Part shown: positions 13,215 to 26,022 of the stretch, piece after piece
Layout: each line of letters starts with the position of its first letter
Position numbering within the stretch: the first letter of the stretch is position 1
NCBI RefSeq assembly: GCF_963921235.1
Contig: NC_086108.1
Span: forward strand, 36,148,001-36,212,000
Direction: 5' to 3'
Origin: Mobula hypostoma
Taxonomy: Eukaryota
DNA length: 64,000 bases
Position numbers and translations under genes: made by a program
The notes under the pieces: model-generated
What the model was told of the DNA's origin: nothing
The model's database searches: none
Seen by the model: the letters and a program-made list of their open reading frames with translations, nothing else

Positions 13215-14864
13215 CCAGTTATCGGAGAGTTCAATTTAATTCAAAGTATTGTAAGAGTTGATGCCTTAATGGTTAATTAAAGTATAGCTGATCATAGAGA
13301 AAAAAACTCAGAGGTAATGGAGCGAGTCAAGAACGCGACTTCACTCTATGAGCGCTACCGGAAGTCCCCAGCTATACTCCTTGATCAGCCTCTCAAAGCA
13401 TTTGCTTATTATTGAGGTTAGTGCGACAGGATGGCAGTTGTTCAGGCATGTTACCTTAGTCTTTTTTGGTGCAGGGACACTGGTGGATAATTTGAAGCAG
13501 GAGGGCACTCTGCACTGGGAAAGGGAGAGATTAAAAATGTCAGAAGACATACCAGCCAGTTGTGCTGCACACATCCTGATTACTCGCCCTGGGATGCCGT
13601 CCGGTTCTGCAGCTTTGCGACTGTCCACTTGTTGGAAACATCTGCGTACCTCCAGTCTTAGAAATGACCAGGTTGCAAGCTATAGCAGTGGTTTTCCTTG
13701 GAGGCTCAGAGTTAGCGACATCGAACCAAGCATAAAAGTGATTGACCTCATCTGGGAGAGAGGCCTGAATGTTGGCAGCACCACAATGTTTGGCTTTGAA
13801 GTCAGCGATGGCATGCAGCCCTTGCCACAAGTCACGTGTGCTATTCATTGTGTATGTTGACTCAGTCTTGTTCCAATAGTGTTGTTTCACGGCCTTGATA
13901 GCTTTGCGCAGATCATAGCTGCTTTTCTTGAGCTCTAGTTGATTGCCAGCGATGTAAGCTCGATGTCACGCTGTAAATGCTGCTCACACGGAGCTATTGA
14001 TCCAGGGTTTCTGGTTTGGGAAGATCTGACTGACTTGGGGACAAGATCGTTGATGCACTTCCAGACGATGCACGTGACTCCATCAGTGAACTTGGAGACA
14101 TCCTCATCATGGAAGACATTCCAGTTGACGTCATCAAAGCAGTCCTGCAGCATGGAGGCCGATTGGTTGGACCAGCAATGGACGGTTTTATCTATGGCCA
14201 CCTCTTGTTTCAGCTTCTACCTGTACATTGGCAAAAGGAGGATCGAAGAGTTATCTGATTTTCCAAAAGCTGGGTGAAGGAGAGCTTTGTAAGTGTTGCA
14301 CAAGGGAGTGTAACAGTGGTCAAATGTGTATCTCTACTAGTGCTCACCTGGATGTACTGACAAAGTTTAATGTCACAGGCGATGATGAAGGCGGCCTCTG
14401 GATGGTGCAGTCTCCAACCTGTTGATGGTCTTGTGCAGTTCCTTGAGAGCCAGGTCACTATATACACTGCTGTGATGATAAACAGCCATGAACTCACTAG
14501 ACCTCCTGTAGGGTCTGCACAGCAGCGCCAGGTATTCCAGGTCTGGGAAACAAGAATTTGAGAGTATGCACATTCTGGGGGTCGCACCAAGCATTGTTGA
14601 CCATGAAGCATACCCCTCTCCTTTACTCTTCTCAGTGAGGTTTTTCGACCTGTCTGCTCGGAACAAGGAGAAGAACCCGGAGGGCTCTATGGCGTGGTCC
14701 CGTATCTCCTCCATCAGCCAGGTCTCCACAAAGCACAAAACATTGCATTCCTTTGTTTCCAGCTGATAGGAAATAGGAGACCATTTTGGTGTTGATAGCT
14801 AAAATGTTGCTTTTGTTCATCTATACTCCAGTGATTTTTAATTTGCTAAGATGAGATAGGGCAG

Positions 14865-17176
14865 GTGACGGAGGTGTGTGTTGGGAGCGCTTCGGGTCCA
14901 GTGATCACAACACCATTAGTTTCAATATAATTATGGAGAAGGATAGGACTGGACCCAAGGTTGAGATTTTTGATTGGAGAAAGGCTAACTTTGAGGAGAT
15001 GCGAAAGGATTTAGAAGGAGTGGATTGAGACAATTTGTTTTATGGGAAGGATGTAATAGAGAAATGGAGGTCATTTAAAGGTGAAATTTTGAGGGTACAG
15101 GATCTTTATGTTCCTCTTAGGTTGAAAGGAAAGGTTAAAAGTTTGAGAGAGCCATGGTTTTCAAGGGATATTGGAAACTTGGTTTGGAAAAGGAGGTGGA
15201 TCTACAATAAATATAGGCAGCTTGGAGTTAATGAGGTGCTCGAGGAATATAAAGAATGTAAAAAGAATCTTAAGAAAGAAATTAGAAAAGCTAAAAGAAG
15301 ATACAAGGCTGCTTTAGCAAGTAAGGTGAAAATAAATCCAAAGGGTTTCTACAGTTATATTAATAGCAAATGGATAGTGAGGGATAAAATTGGTCCCTTA
15401 GAGAATCAAAGTGGACAGCTATGTGCGGAGCCAGAAGAGATGGGGGAGATTTTGAACAATTTATTTTCTTCGGTATTCACTAAGGAGAAGGATATCAAAT
15501 TGTGTGAGGTAAAGGAAACAAGAAGGGTAGTTATGGAAAGTATGATTAAAGAAGAGGAATACTGGCGCTTTTAAGGAATATAGAAGTGGATAAGTCTCCG
15601 GGTCCGGACAAGATATTCCCTCGGACCTTGAGGGAAGTTACTGTAGAAATAGCAGGGGCTCTGACAGAAATATTTCAAATGTTATTAGAAACGGGGATGG
15701 TGCCGGAGGATTGGCGTATTGCTCATGTGGTTCCATTGTTTAAAAAGGGCTCTAAGAGTAAACCTAGCAATTATCGGCCTGTGAGTTTGATGTCAGTGGT
15801 GGGTAAATTGATGGAAAGTATTCTTAGAGATGGTATATATAATTATCTGGATAGACAGGGTCTGATTAGGAACAGTCAGCATGGATTTGTGTGCGGAAGG
15901 TCATGTTTGACAAATCTTAAATTTTTTGATGAGGTTACTAGGAAAGTTGACGAGGGTAAAGCGGTGGATGTTGTCTATATGGACTTCAGTAAGGCTTTTG
16001 ACAAGGTTCCTCACGAAAGGTTAGTTAGGAAGGTTCAATCGTTACACATTAATATCGAAATAGTAAAATGGATTCAGCAGTGACTGGATGGGAGACGCCA
16101 GAGAGTAGTGGTGGATAACTGTGTGTCAGATTGGAGGCTGGTGTCTAGCGGTGTGCCTCGGGGATCTGTACTGGGTCCAATGTTTTGGGTCCAATGTTGT
16201 CTGTCATATACATTAATGATCTGGATGATGGGGTGGTAAATTGGATTAGTAAGTATGCAGATAATACTAAGATAGGTGGCATTGTGGATAATGAAGTAGG
16301 TTTTCAAAGCTTGCAGAGAGATTTAGGCCAGTTAGAAGAATGTGCTGAAAGTTGGCAGATGGAGTTTGATGCTGAAAAATGTGAGGTGCTACATTTTGGT
16401 AGGACTAATCAAAATAGGACATACGTGGTAAATGGTAGGGCAGTGAAGAATGCAGTAGAACAGAGGGGTCTACGAATAATGGTGTATAGTTCCCTGAAGG
16501 TGGAATCTCATGTGGATAGGGTGGTGAAGAAAGCTTTTGGTATGCTTGCCTTTATTAATCAGAGCATTGAGTATAGGAGTTGGGATGTAATGTTGAAATT
16601 GTATAAGGCTTTGGTGAGGCCAAAATTGGAGTATTGTGTACACTTCTGGTCACTGAATTATAGGAAAGATGTCAATAAAATTGAGAGAGTACAGAGGAGA
16701 TTTACTAAAATGTTGCCTGGGTTTCATCTCTTAAGTTACAGAGAAAGGTTGAAAAAGTTAGGTCTTTATTCTTTGGAGTGTAGAAGGTTGAGCGGGGACT
16801 TGATAGAGGTATTTAAAATTATGAAGGGGATAGATAGAGTTGACGTAGATAGGCTTTTTCCATTGAGAGTGGGGGAGATTCAAACAAGAAGACATGAGTT
16901 GAGAGTTAGAGGGCAAAAGTTTAGGGGTAACATGAGGGGGAACTTCTTTACTCAGAGAGTGGTAGCTGTGTGGAACGAGCTTCCAGCAGAAGTGGTTGAG
17001 GCATGTTCGATGTTGTCGTTTAAAGTTAAATTGGATAGGTATATGGACAGGAAGGGAATGGAGGGTTATGGGCTGAGTGCAGGTCGGTGGGACTATGTGA
17101 GAGTAAGAGTTCGGCACGGACTGGAAGGGCTGAGATGGCCTGTTTCCGTGCTGTAATCGTTATATGGTTTATATGT
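14865..17176 (+). mobile_element. CR1 LINE, 5'-truncated
   Basis: KSPGPD, NYRPVSL, SQHGF, DFSKAFDKVPH, KYADNTK, LVRPKLEYC, FFTQRVV; microsatellite-like tail TTATATGG. Confidence 0.92.
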
Positions 17177-17695
17177 TCCTTAATTTTGCTTGTTTGAAGT
17201 TTCGAATGATGAGTTTGTGTTGCTGGGAAATAATTGGATATTGCGGTGATACCATCAGATTCAAATCTTAAGACTAGATCTAATCTTCAATGTGAAGTTC
17301 TTATTATACTATTGTATTATTGAAAATACTCTGGTTGAAATCTAAATGTTATGAAAATAAAGCAGATCTAAAAGATTGCATATATCAAAGGTACTGAATT
17401 GGTTTCTTTTATTGACATTTAAAAAAGGGTTGAAAGAAATATAAATTTTGTACACGCTTGTTAATTTAATATCAGAGCAGTTTAATTAGTTTGTATGTCA
17501 TTTCATAGTTCTATTTCTAACTGACTTCTCACAATTGAGTTATTAAATTTTTCAGATTATGTTGCTGCAAAATAACATTTATATTGATTTCCAAGTTTTT
17601 TTTTTGAGTAGCTTGACTTACGAAAAATGTATTTGTTAACTTGCATTTGCAGTTGCAGATTTTTTCATGCTTTTCATATTGATTTATTTTCATAG

Positions 17696-17758
17696 CAACA
17701 TCTGCAAGCATAGACAGAAGTGCCCCTTTAGAAATTGGGTTGCAGCGATCAACACAAG
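17696..17758 (+). CDS. CDC73: CDC73 coding exon, human exon 4 equivalent, 63 bp
   Basis: ttttcatag|CAACA...ACAAG|gtagtt; (S)TSASIDRSAPLEIGLQRSTQ(V); phase continuous with the previous exon. Confidence 0.97.
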
Positions 17759-17869
17759 GTAGTTATGATGTATCTTAATAAACTTGAAAAAAATTGAAAT
17801 GGTGCTCTTCAAAATATCAGCACTACAATTTATATTTTGTATGCTTTTCTTGTGTTTGGGAACCAACAG

Positions 17870-17922
17870 TTAAAAGGGCAGCTGAAGAAATATCATCAGA
17901 ATTAAAGAAACCCAGGATAGAG
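17870..17922 (+). CDS. CDC73: CDC73 coding exon, human exon 5 equivalent, 53 bp, bipartite NLS
   Basis: caacag|TTAAAAGG...ATAGAG|gtaatg; VKRAAEEISSELKKPRIE versus human VKRAADEVLAEAKKPRIE. Confidence 0.96.
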
Positions 17923-18199
17923 GTAATGTTTAAATGGTTTCTATTTGTTTAAATGTATTGGGCAATGTAAGCACTTTTGCTTGGAGAAATAGTATCAGTG
18001 GTACACTTTGAGCAGTAAGATTACTAATTTGCAAGTATTAGTTTCGTGAGCTCTTAAATTCCTTGCTGTGCATTCTGTTTTTTCTTTCTCCTGGTCTTCA
18101 ATCATCGAATGCTCAGTGAGGCTCTTAATAGTCCTCTTGGTCCCTGGACTGACATTTCAATCTCTTCTGCAAGAATGGCCTGATCAAAAGTTTGTATCT

Positions 18200-18310
18200 T
18201 TAAAGGTTGGGGGGGGCGGGGTTATATGGGAGACAGGGTTTAAAGGGTCGGCACAACATTGTGGGGTGAAGGACCAGTACTGTGCTGTGCTGTACTATTC
18301 GATGCTCTAT
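18200..18310 (+). mobile_element. CR1 3' tail fragment
   Basis: Similar to the 3' end of the CR1 at 42510-42610 (GTCGGCACAACATTGTGGG...TGTACTATTC). Confidence 0.75.
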
Positions 18311-18319
18311 CTGCGAATC

Positions 18320-18894
18320 TGAGTTTGAGGCCTCCGTTGGTCAGAGTTTACTGTGGATATTATGACCTAGCTGTCTAGATATGCAAGCCTGGGCAGTACA
18401 ATATAGAGAGCAAGCTGGTGCCCATGTAGCAAGCTCCCCCTCTCCACGCATATGATGAACCCAAAGAAACGGCAGAGACCAGTACAGTTTGCTGCTAGCA
18501 GCATCAGAGGATTTGCCAATCAACATTGAACTCAATGTGGAACTGCCTTAGGGACTACAGCTCCAGATTTTTCCCTGGGAGTTTACTCCCATAGCCTTCC
18601 CCATGAGTGGGTATAGCCACAAGATCAGAATCATCCTTCTCCTGGATGAGCTGCCAACCACAGCTTATGAGCCTCATCTAACTGAAGCGACTGGTTTTAA
18701 GTCACCAGTAACCTGCCTTTACCGCTTCTCCTGTCAGTAGAAATGGTTCTGCTGGAGTTATTAGCTAAGCCACACGTGAAGACCAGGTGCCGGACTTGGT
18801 TGTCAGAGGCTATTTGAGGCACAAGCCATTGGGAGCATTTAATAGGTTGTGGGAGCTTGTCCCCATTACCACCCCCAGCTATAACAACCTTAAG
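18320..18894 (-). mobile_element. Non-autonomous RTE-derived element (5' UTR joined to a short 3' end)
   Basis: Shares blocks CCCATGAGTGGGTAT and GCTAAGCCACACGTGAAG...GGACTTGGTTGTCAGA with 1340-1820; no ORF. Confidence 0.75.
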
Positions 18895-18979
18895 TAACAT
18901 GTAGCTACCTATGGCTAGAATAATTAGCATTGTCTTATTTTTGGCTTTTGTTAACCTGACAATTTTCCTTAGTTTTCTA

Positions 18980-21680
18980 TAACTTGGCTTCCACACCGTC
19001 TGTGGCAATGAATTCCACAGATTCGCTACCATCTTGATAAATAATTTTCTCATGTCTGTTCTAAATGGATATCCATCTATTCTGAGGCTGTGCTCTCTGG
19101 TCTTGTGCTCCCCCACCGTGGAAAACATCCTCTCCATATCCACTCCTTCGAGGCCTTTCAACATTTGATAGGTTTCAATGAAATCCCCTCCCCCAACCCC
19201 TCATTCTTCTGAATTCTAGTGAGTTAAGGCCCAGAGCCATCAAACAATCCTCATATGATAAACCTTTAAATCCCGGAGTCAATTTTGTGAACCTCCTTTG
19301 AGCCCTTTCCAATGTCAGCAGTCCCTTTCTTAGATAAGGGGCCCTAAACTTCTTACAGTACTCTAGATGAGGCCTCTCCAGTGCCTTATCAAGCTTCAGC
19401 ATTAAATCCTTGTTGTTACATTCCATTCCTCTTGAAATGAATGCTAACATTGCATTTGCCTTTCTCACCACCAACTCAACCAGCAAATTAACCTTTAGGG
19501 AATCCTGCACCTCTGATTTTTGAAATTTCTCTCCATTTTCAAAACAGTTTACACTTTTATTTTTTCTACCAAAGTGCATGACCATACTCTTCCCAACATT
19601 GTATTCCATCCGCCACTTCTTTCTCCATTCTCCTAATCTGTCGAGGCCATTTTGTGACTCCCTGCTTCCAGAACACTACCTGCCCCTCCACCTATACTTG
19701 CAGCATCTGTAAACTTGGCCACAAAGCCATCAATTTTTCTTTAGATTATGAGAACATTCAGTCATCTTTTATTGTCATTTGGAAATGCATACATGCATTA
19801 AGAAATGATACAATGTTTCTCTGGAGTGCTAACACAGAAAACAGGACAAACCAAAGACTAACACTGACAGAACCACATAACTATAACATATAGTTACAGC
19901 AGTGCAAAGCAATACCATAATTTGATGAAGAACAAACCATGGGCATGGTAAAAATAGTCTCAAAGTCCCCGAGTCGATCGACTCCCGAGTCCCCGATAGC
20001 AGGCGGCAAAAGGGAGAAACTCCCTGCCTTAAACCTCCAGATACTGTCAACTTGCTGATGCCTTGGAAGCAGCCAACCACAGCCGACACTGAGTGTGTCC
20101 GTCCGAAAACTTCGAGCCTCTGACCAGCCCCTCCAATACAGCCTCCCGAGTGCCATCCTCTACCGAGCGTCTTCGACCTAACCACGGCCGCTGAAACAGG
20201 CAAAGCCGAGGATTCGGGGCCTTCTGCTCCGGAGATTCCGGTTACCACACAGTAGCAGCGGCAGCGAAGTGGGCATTTCAGAAGTTTTCCAGATGTTCCT
20301 CCCTACTCTCACGTCCGTCTCCATCAAATCGGAATTGTGCACGGTCCCCTACTTGACAGATTACAGATATCATTCATTCACCGGAGAGGCTGCGCATGCT
20401 GCCGTCGTGCTGCCATCCTCTCCTCAATTTACAGTTACAGATTTAGATCAATTCCATCGTCAATGACATATAACCTAAAAAGGAGTGGTTTCAAAACCGA
20501 CCCCTGCGGAACACCACTAGTCACTGGCAGCCAACCAGAAAAGGCTCCCTGTATTCCCGCTCTTTGCCTCCTGCAAATCAGTCAATCTTCTATCCATGCT
20601 AGTATCTTTCTTGAAATATTATCTTGTTGTCTTGCTAAGCATCCTAATATGCGGCACCTTGTGAAAGGCTTTATGAAAATCCCTGTAAACAACATCCATT
20701 GACTCTCCTTTGTCTATCCTGCTTATTTCTTCAAAGAATTCCAAGGGATTTGTCAGGCAAGATTTTCCCTTAAGGAAACCATACTGACTTTATCATGTGC
20801 CCCCAAGCATCCTGAGACCTCATCCTTAACAATAGATTCCAACATCTTCCCAACCATTGAGGTCAGACTAACTGGCCTATAATTTCCTTTCTTTTGCCTC
20901 CCTCCCTTCTTGAAGTCTGGAGTAACATCTGCAATTTTTCGGTCCTCGGGAACCATGTCCGAATCTATTAATTCTTGAAAGGTCATGACTAATGCCTCCT
21001 TAATCTCTTCAGCCATCCCTTTCACAACCCTGGGGTGTAGACTTTCTGATCCAGTTGATTTATCTACCTTCAGACCTTTCAATTTCCCAAGCACCTTCTC
21101 CCTAGTAATGGCAACTTCTTACTTGCGGCCCCCGTGACACTCTTGAACTTCTGGCAAACAGCTGGTGTCTTTGACAATGAAGACTGATGTAGAACGCTTA
21201 ATCAGTTCGTCTGCCTTTTTTTTTTGTCCCCTATTACTACTTTCCAGCGTCATTTTCCAGCGGTCTGATTATATATTCTCACCTCTCTTTTACACTTATA
21301 TCGGAAGAAACTTTTGGTATCCTTTATGACTTTTTTTTGCCTTCTGTTTTTTAAAAGCTTCTCAGTCCTCTAATTTCCCACTAATTTTTGCTCTATTACA
21401 TGCCATTTCTTTGGATTGTATGTTGGCTTTGACTTCCCTTGTCACTCATGGTTGCATCATCTTGCCTTTAGAATACTATTTCTTTGAGTTGTATCTATTC
21501 TTCATTTTCTGAATTGCTCCCAGAATCTCCAGTCATTGCTGCTCTGCTGTCATCTCTGCTAGTGTCTCCTTCCAGTTAACATTGGCTAGCTCCTCTTTCA
21601 TGCCTCTGTAATTCCCTTTATTCCACTGTAATACTGATATATCTGACTTTAGCTTCTCCCTTTCAAATTGCAGGGTGAAA
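18980..21680 (-). mobile_element. CR1 LINE, degenerate, interrupted by 19736-20446
   Basis: LKGLKVDKS...NYRPVSLTS, RPHLEYC, LEFRRMRG motifs. Confidence 0.88.
19736..20446 (-). mobile_element. Non-coding SINE-like retroelement (GC-rich head, LINE-like tail)
   Basis: 7-bp TSD ATCAATT (19729-19735 and 20447-20453) inside CR1; head GAGAGGATGGCAGC; tail TGACAATAAAAAG...TAATCTAAAGAAAA. Confidence 0.75.
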
Positions 21681-22489
21681 TATTTCAAAGCGGTGGTGAA
21701 TTAATAATTATTAACCTTGATGCTTTGGAGAGAGGAAATAATGGGATGTAAATTTGTATGTAATGGAATGATGGATAAACAGGACCTAGTATGGAGCAAT
21801 AAATAATTTACTGGAGAAACTGGTTGAACACAGCATCTGTGGCTTGAGGAGGAATTGTTGATGCTTTAGATCAAAGCCCAGTATCAGGACAATAACCCTG
21901 CATCCTGGATCACGACATAAACAATTTTATCTACTGCAAGTTTAAATCTATTTTGTACAGAGGATGGGTGAAAGCAGATACAGAAAAAATAATTTTAAGA
22001 GAATATGTTTGTCATCAGAACTATTTTACTATGTGAAGGAGCTCACAAAAATGGAGATTAAAATAGTGTGAGGACTGGAAAACTTTGTAGCTTATAATGC
22101 ACGAATCAGAGCCATGTTTACTGTTAGGCATCAAAAAAGAGTTTTTCCATGTTAATAATTTGAAATGATCTGAATAGTTTTAGATTATTTATGGTTACTT
22201 CTTAGAATGTATTGTATTTTGACTAGTAGAAGTTCAAGTTTATTGACATTCAACCGTACACATTTATAAAGCTAAATGAAACAATGTTCCTCCTGGACCA
22301 AGGTGAAAAACAGAGTACATTTTTAACATGCAGCACAAAGTAATATTAACACAATAATATTAGTAGATAGTTAAAAATATTCTGTACATTTACAAGTTGA
22401 CATAACGTGCATATGTAACATATAGTTAAATATACTGACACTGTCATAACAGTGTGTATTAGGTGGTAGCAGACTAGTATTTTACCTTC

Positions 22490-24250
22490 CACAAACAAGA
22501 GAAAATCTGCAGATGCTGGAAATCCAAGCAGCACACACAAAAGCTGAAGCAACTCAGCAGGCCAGGCAGCATCTCTGGAAAAGATGCTGGGCTTCTTTGT
22601 CGATGTTTCAGGCTGAGACCCTTCATCAGGACTGGGGAGAAAAAGATGAGTCAGAATAAGAAAGTGGGGGGAGGGAGGGAAGAACAAGGTGATAGGTGAA
22701 ATTGGGAGGGGGTGGGGTGAAGTGAAGCGCTGAGAAGTTGATTGGTGAGATACAGGGCCTGAGAAGGGGGGAATCTAATGGGAGAGGACAGAAGGTCATG
22801 GAAGAAAGAAAAGGAGGAGGACATCCAGAGCGAGGTGATTGGTATGTAAGGAGATAAGGTGAGTGATGGGAATGGTGAAGGTGGGGTGGGGCATTACCCT
22901 AAGTTTGAGAAATCGATGTTCATGTCATCAAGTTGGAGGAATGGGAAGTGGAATTGAAATGGGTAGCCACTGGGAGATCCCACTTTTTCTGGTGGACAGA
23001 GCATAAGTGCTCAGCATCGGGTCTCACTGATACTCCTCAGGGATTGCTGGCTACTCGACTCCCGTGATTCATTCATCCCTCTCCAGTGATCTCCCTCCTG
23101 GCACTTATCCTTGCAAGCAGAACAAGTATTACACCTATCCCTGCACCTCCCCCATCACTACCGTTCAGGGCCCCAAACAGTCCTTCCAGGTGAGGCAACA
23201 CTTCACCTATGAGTGTGTTGGGGTCATCTACTGTATCCAGTGCTCCTGGTGTGGCCTCCTTTATATCGGCCAGAAAAAGCAGGATCTTCCCGTAGCCACG
23301 CATTTTAATTCCACTTCCTATTCCCATTCCGACATGTCCATAGGACTGTAAGACAAAGGAGCAGAATTAGGCCATTCAGCCTGTCGAGTTTTCTCTGCCA
23401 TTCCATCATTGCTGATTCCAGATCCTACTCAGCCCCATACACCCGTCTTCTTGCCATATCCTTTGATGTCCTGACTGATCAGCTTCCGCCTTAAATATAC
23501 CCATGGACTTGTCCTTCACCGCAGTCTGTGGCAGGGCATTCCACAGATTCACTACTCTCTGGCTAAAAAAAATTCTTCCTTAACTATGTTATAGAAGGTT
23601 GCCCCTCAATTTTGAGGAGGTGCCATCTAGTTCTGGATACCCCCTCCATAGGAAACATCCTCTCCACATCTACCCTATCTAGTCCTTTCAACATTTGGTT
23701 GGTTTCAATGAGATTCCCTATATTCTTCTAAGTTCTAGTGAGTACAGACCCTTGTCGGTCCATGGCCGCCTCTTCTTTCGTGATGAGGCCACATTCAGGT
23801 TGGAGGAACAACAGTTTATATTCTCTATGGCTAGCCTCCAACCTGATGGCATGAACATCAATTTCTTAATCTTAAGGTAATCTCCTCCCCCCTTCACCAT
23901 TCCTGACTCCTACTTCCCTCTCTCACCTTATCTCCTTACCTGCCTGTTACCTCCCTCTGGTGCTCCTCCCCATTTTTCTTCTTCCATGGCCTTCTGTCTT
24001 CTCCTATCAGATTCCCCCTTCTCTAGCCCTGTACCTTTTTCACCAACCAACTTCCCAGCTCTTTACTTCACCCCTCCCCCTCTCCCGGTTTTATCTTCAC
24101 CTTGTGGTTCTTCTTCCCCCTCCTCCCACTTTCTTACTCTGACTCCTCATCTTTTTTGCCAGTTCTGATGAAGGATCTTGGCCTGAAATTTTGACTGTAC
24201 TCATGGATGCTGCCTGCCTGCTGAGTTCCTCCAGCATTTTGTGTGTATTT
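22490..24250. mobile_element. Penelope-like element with two inverted arms, interrupted by a CR1 tail (23342-23757)
   Basis: GVIYCIQCSWCGLLYIG GIY-YIG remnant on +; hammerhead-bearing tails at both ends in opposite orientation; CR1 piece flanked by GTCCAT at 23336-23341 and 23758-23763. Confidence 0.85.
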
Positions 24251-24319
24251 TACTTGGTATATTTTGTAATGATCAAACTGTGGTGGTTTATAAAAACTTG
24301 GATGGTTTATGTTAATTAG

Positions 24320-24409
<90 letters not shown>

Positions 24410-26022
24410 TAAATTGAATACCCAATGCTTTTGGACAATAGAAATTTTATAATAGAATAAAACAAAATTATTTGCAATTGATTAGGGTGATTGTCAGGCA
24501 TGCCATATTAATTTCCCCTTTGTGACTCCTCCGTAATCCTATCAAGATGGAATAAAATCCCATGATACCTTCATGGTTGTAAATCATTTAAATTAGATGT
24601 GTTTTAGAAGGTAGGAACATGCACGCACGCACGCTTGCTCCATACGTATATTGCCTTTTTGGTCCCTGACTGGACTTTCCCTGATGACCCTCTTGCTCCT
24701 AATGTAGTAAAACTATTTAAATCTCCACCTTGAAGTTGTTAAATTAGGGATGTTTAAAATATTTGCTCTGATGAAAAACTGATGGGTTATTAATTGAAGG
24801 ATTTAAGTTAGAATATAAAGTTTGTGCTGCTAAAATGCTACTCAGATTTTTTATCACTTTATCATTTTAAATTTAAATTGGTCAAAACTTGCCACTTTTT
24901 CTCATATTTCCTTTAAGTTCACTTGGTCCCAGTTCTCTATACTTCCTTTAAGCTGTTGGAGTTGTAATATAGTGCTTCTCGTAAACTGGAAAGTTTATTA
25001 TTTCACAGCATAACATGTTAAAAATAAACCATAAATGCCAAATTTTTGTGGTGTCAATAAGAGGAACGTACAATTGTCGACATACCTAAACGTCTGGATC
25101 CACCAAAGTCAGAAAGATGCCGGATTATTGGAACTTCACTGTCGCTGGTTAAGTCCAAAATTCACCGTGAAAGTTGTGAAGTTCCCCTCTAAATCTTTTA
25201 TCCATTTTGTAAACCTGTGTCTTTTAGTTTTATTTATCTCTAAGGGGAAAGATTCCTGCTGTCTACCTATACCTCTTATGACTTTATAAATCTCATTCAT
25301 TTCAACTCATTCCCTCCTCTGCTCCAGAGAAAACAGCCAGCCTGACCAGTCTTTCTTCACCACAGCTTCGTGAATCCCCTCTGTACCCTCTCAGCCTATC
25401 TTTCAGTGGTGTGGTGAGCTGAATTATGCTCGGTACTCTATCTGTAGTCTGACCAATACTTTATAAGGTTGGAACGTAACCTTCCTCCTTTTGTATTCAG
25501 TGTTTCAACAAAGTCATCCCATATGTTTTCTTAACCATGTTATCTACCTGTGCTGCACTGTCAGGGATCTTTGGATGTCTATATCAAGGTCCCTCTGTTC
25601 TTCAGTATTACCACGTTTCCTAAGATTACCTTCCACACTTTCAACAACTTCACTATTCTTCGTGTCATCTGCAAACATAGTGATAATACCACCTACGTCA
25701 CAAGCTCATCAAACTTGCATCACAAACAGCAAGTCCCAGTACTAATTACGTTGAAACACTTACTGCATCTAACCACAAAAACACCCCTTTTCCATCACCT
25801 CCGTCTTCAATGGCCAGTATAATTTTCTGTCCATTTTATGCATCAGTTCATACTGTGTGTATCATGCAGTAAATCTGTTGTACCACGTAATGTTCATTAA
25901 GTGTTGTCTTTGTTTTCTATTAACTCTATCCTTCTTACTTATCAAATAGCAAAGAGCCTGCAGCTCTGAGGTGCAGAGTGTCTTTGTGCATGATTTGCAG
26001 AAAGGTTACTAGGTGAATAAGG

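Larger units (their letters stand above)
7456..13368 (-). mobile_element. Full-length L1 (LINE-1) retrotransposon, about 5.9 kb
   Basis: 11-bp TSD CAGCTATACTC (7445-7455 and 13369-13379); 5' end GGGACTTCCGG; ORF1, long spacer and ORF2; AATAAA followed by a short poly(A) at the 3' end. Confidence 0.96.
6225..14765 (-). mobile_element. Rex1/Babar-like LINE split by the L1 insertion (pieces 6225-7455 and 13369-14765)
   Basis: EN motif CFVETWL; RT motifs KAAEPDGIPG...KCFERL, RMLFLDYSSAFNT, PQGCVLSP; reading resumes across the L1 TSD. Confidence 0.85.

Noticed and set aside
22477..24253. GTATTTTAC as the TSD of the 22490-24250 Penelope insertion
   Set aside because: AT-rich 9-mer overlapping the decayed element end; plausible but not secure.
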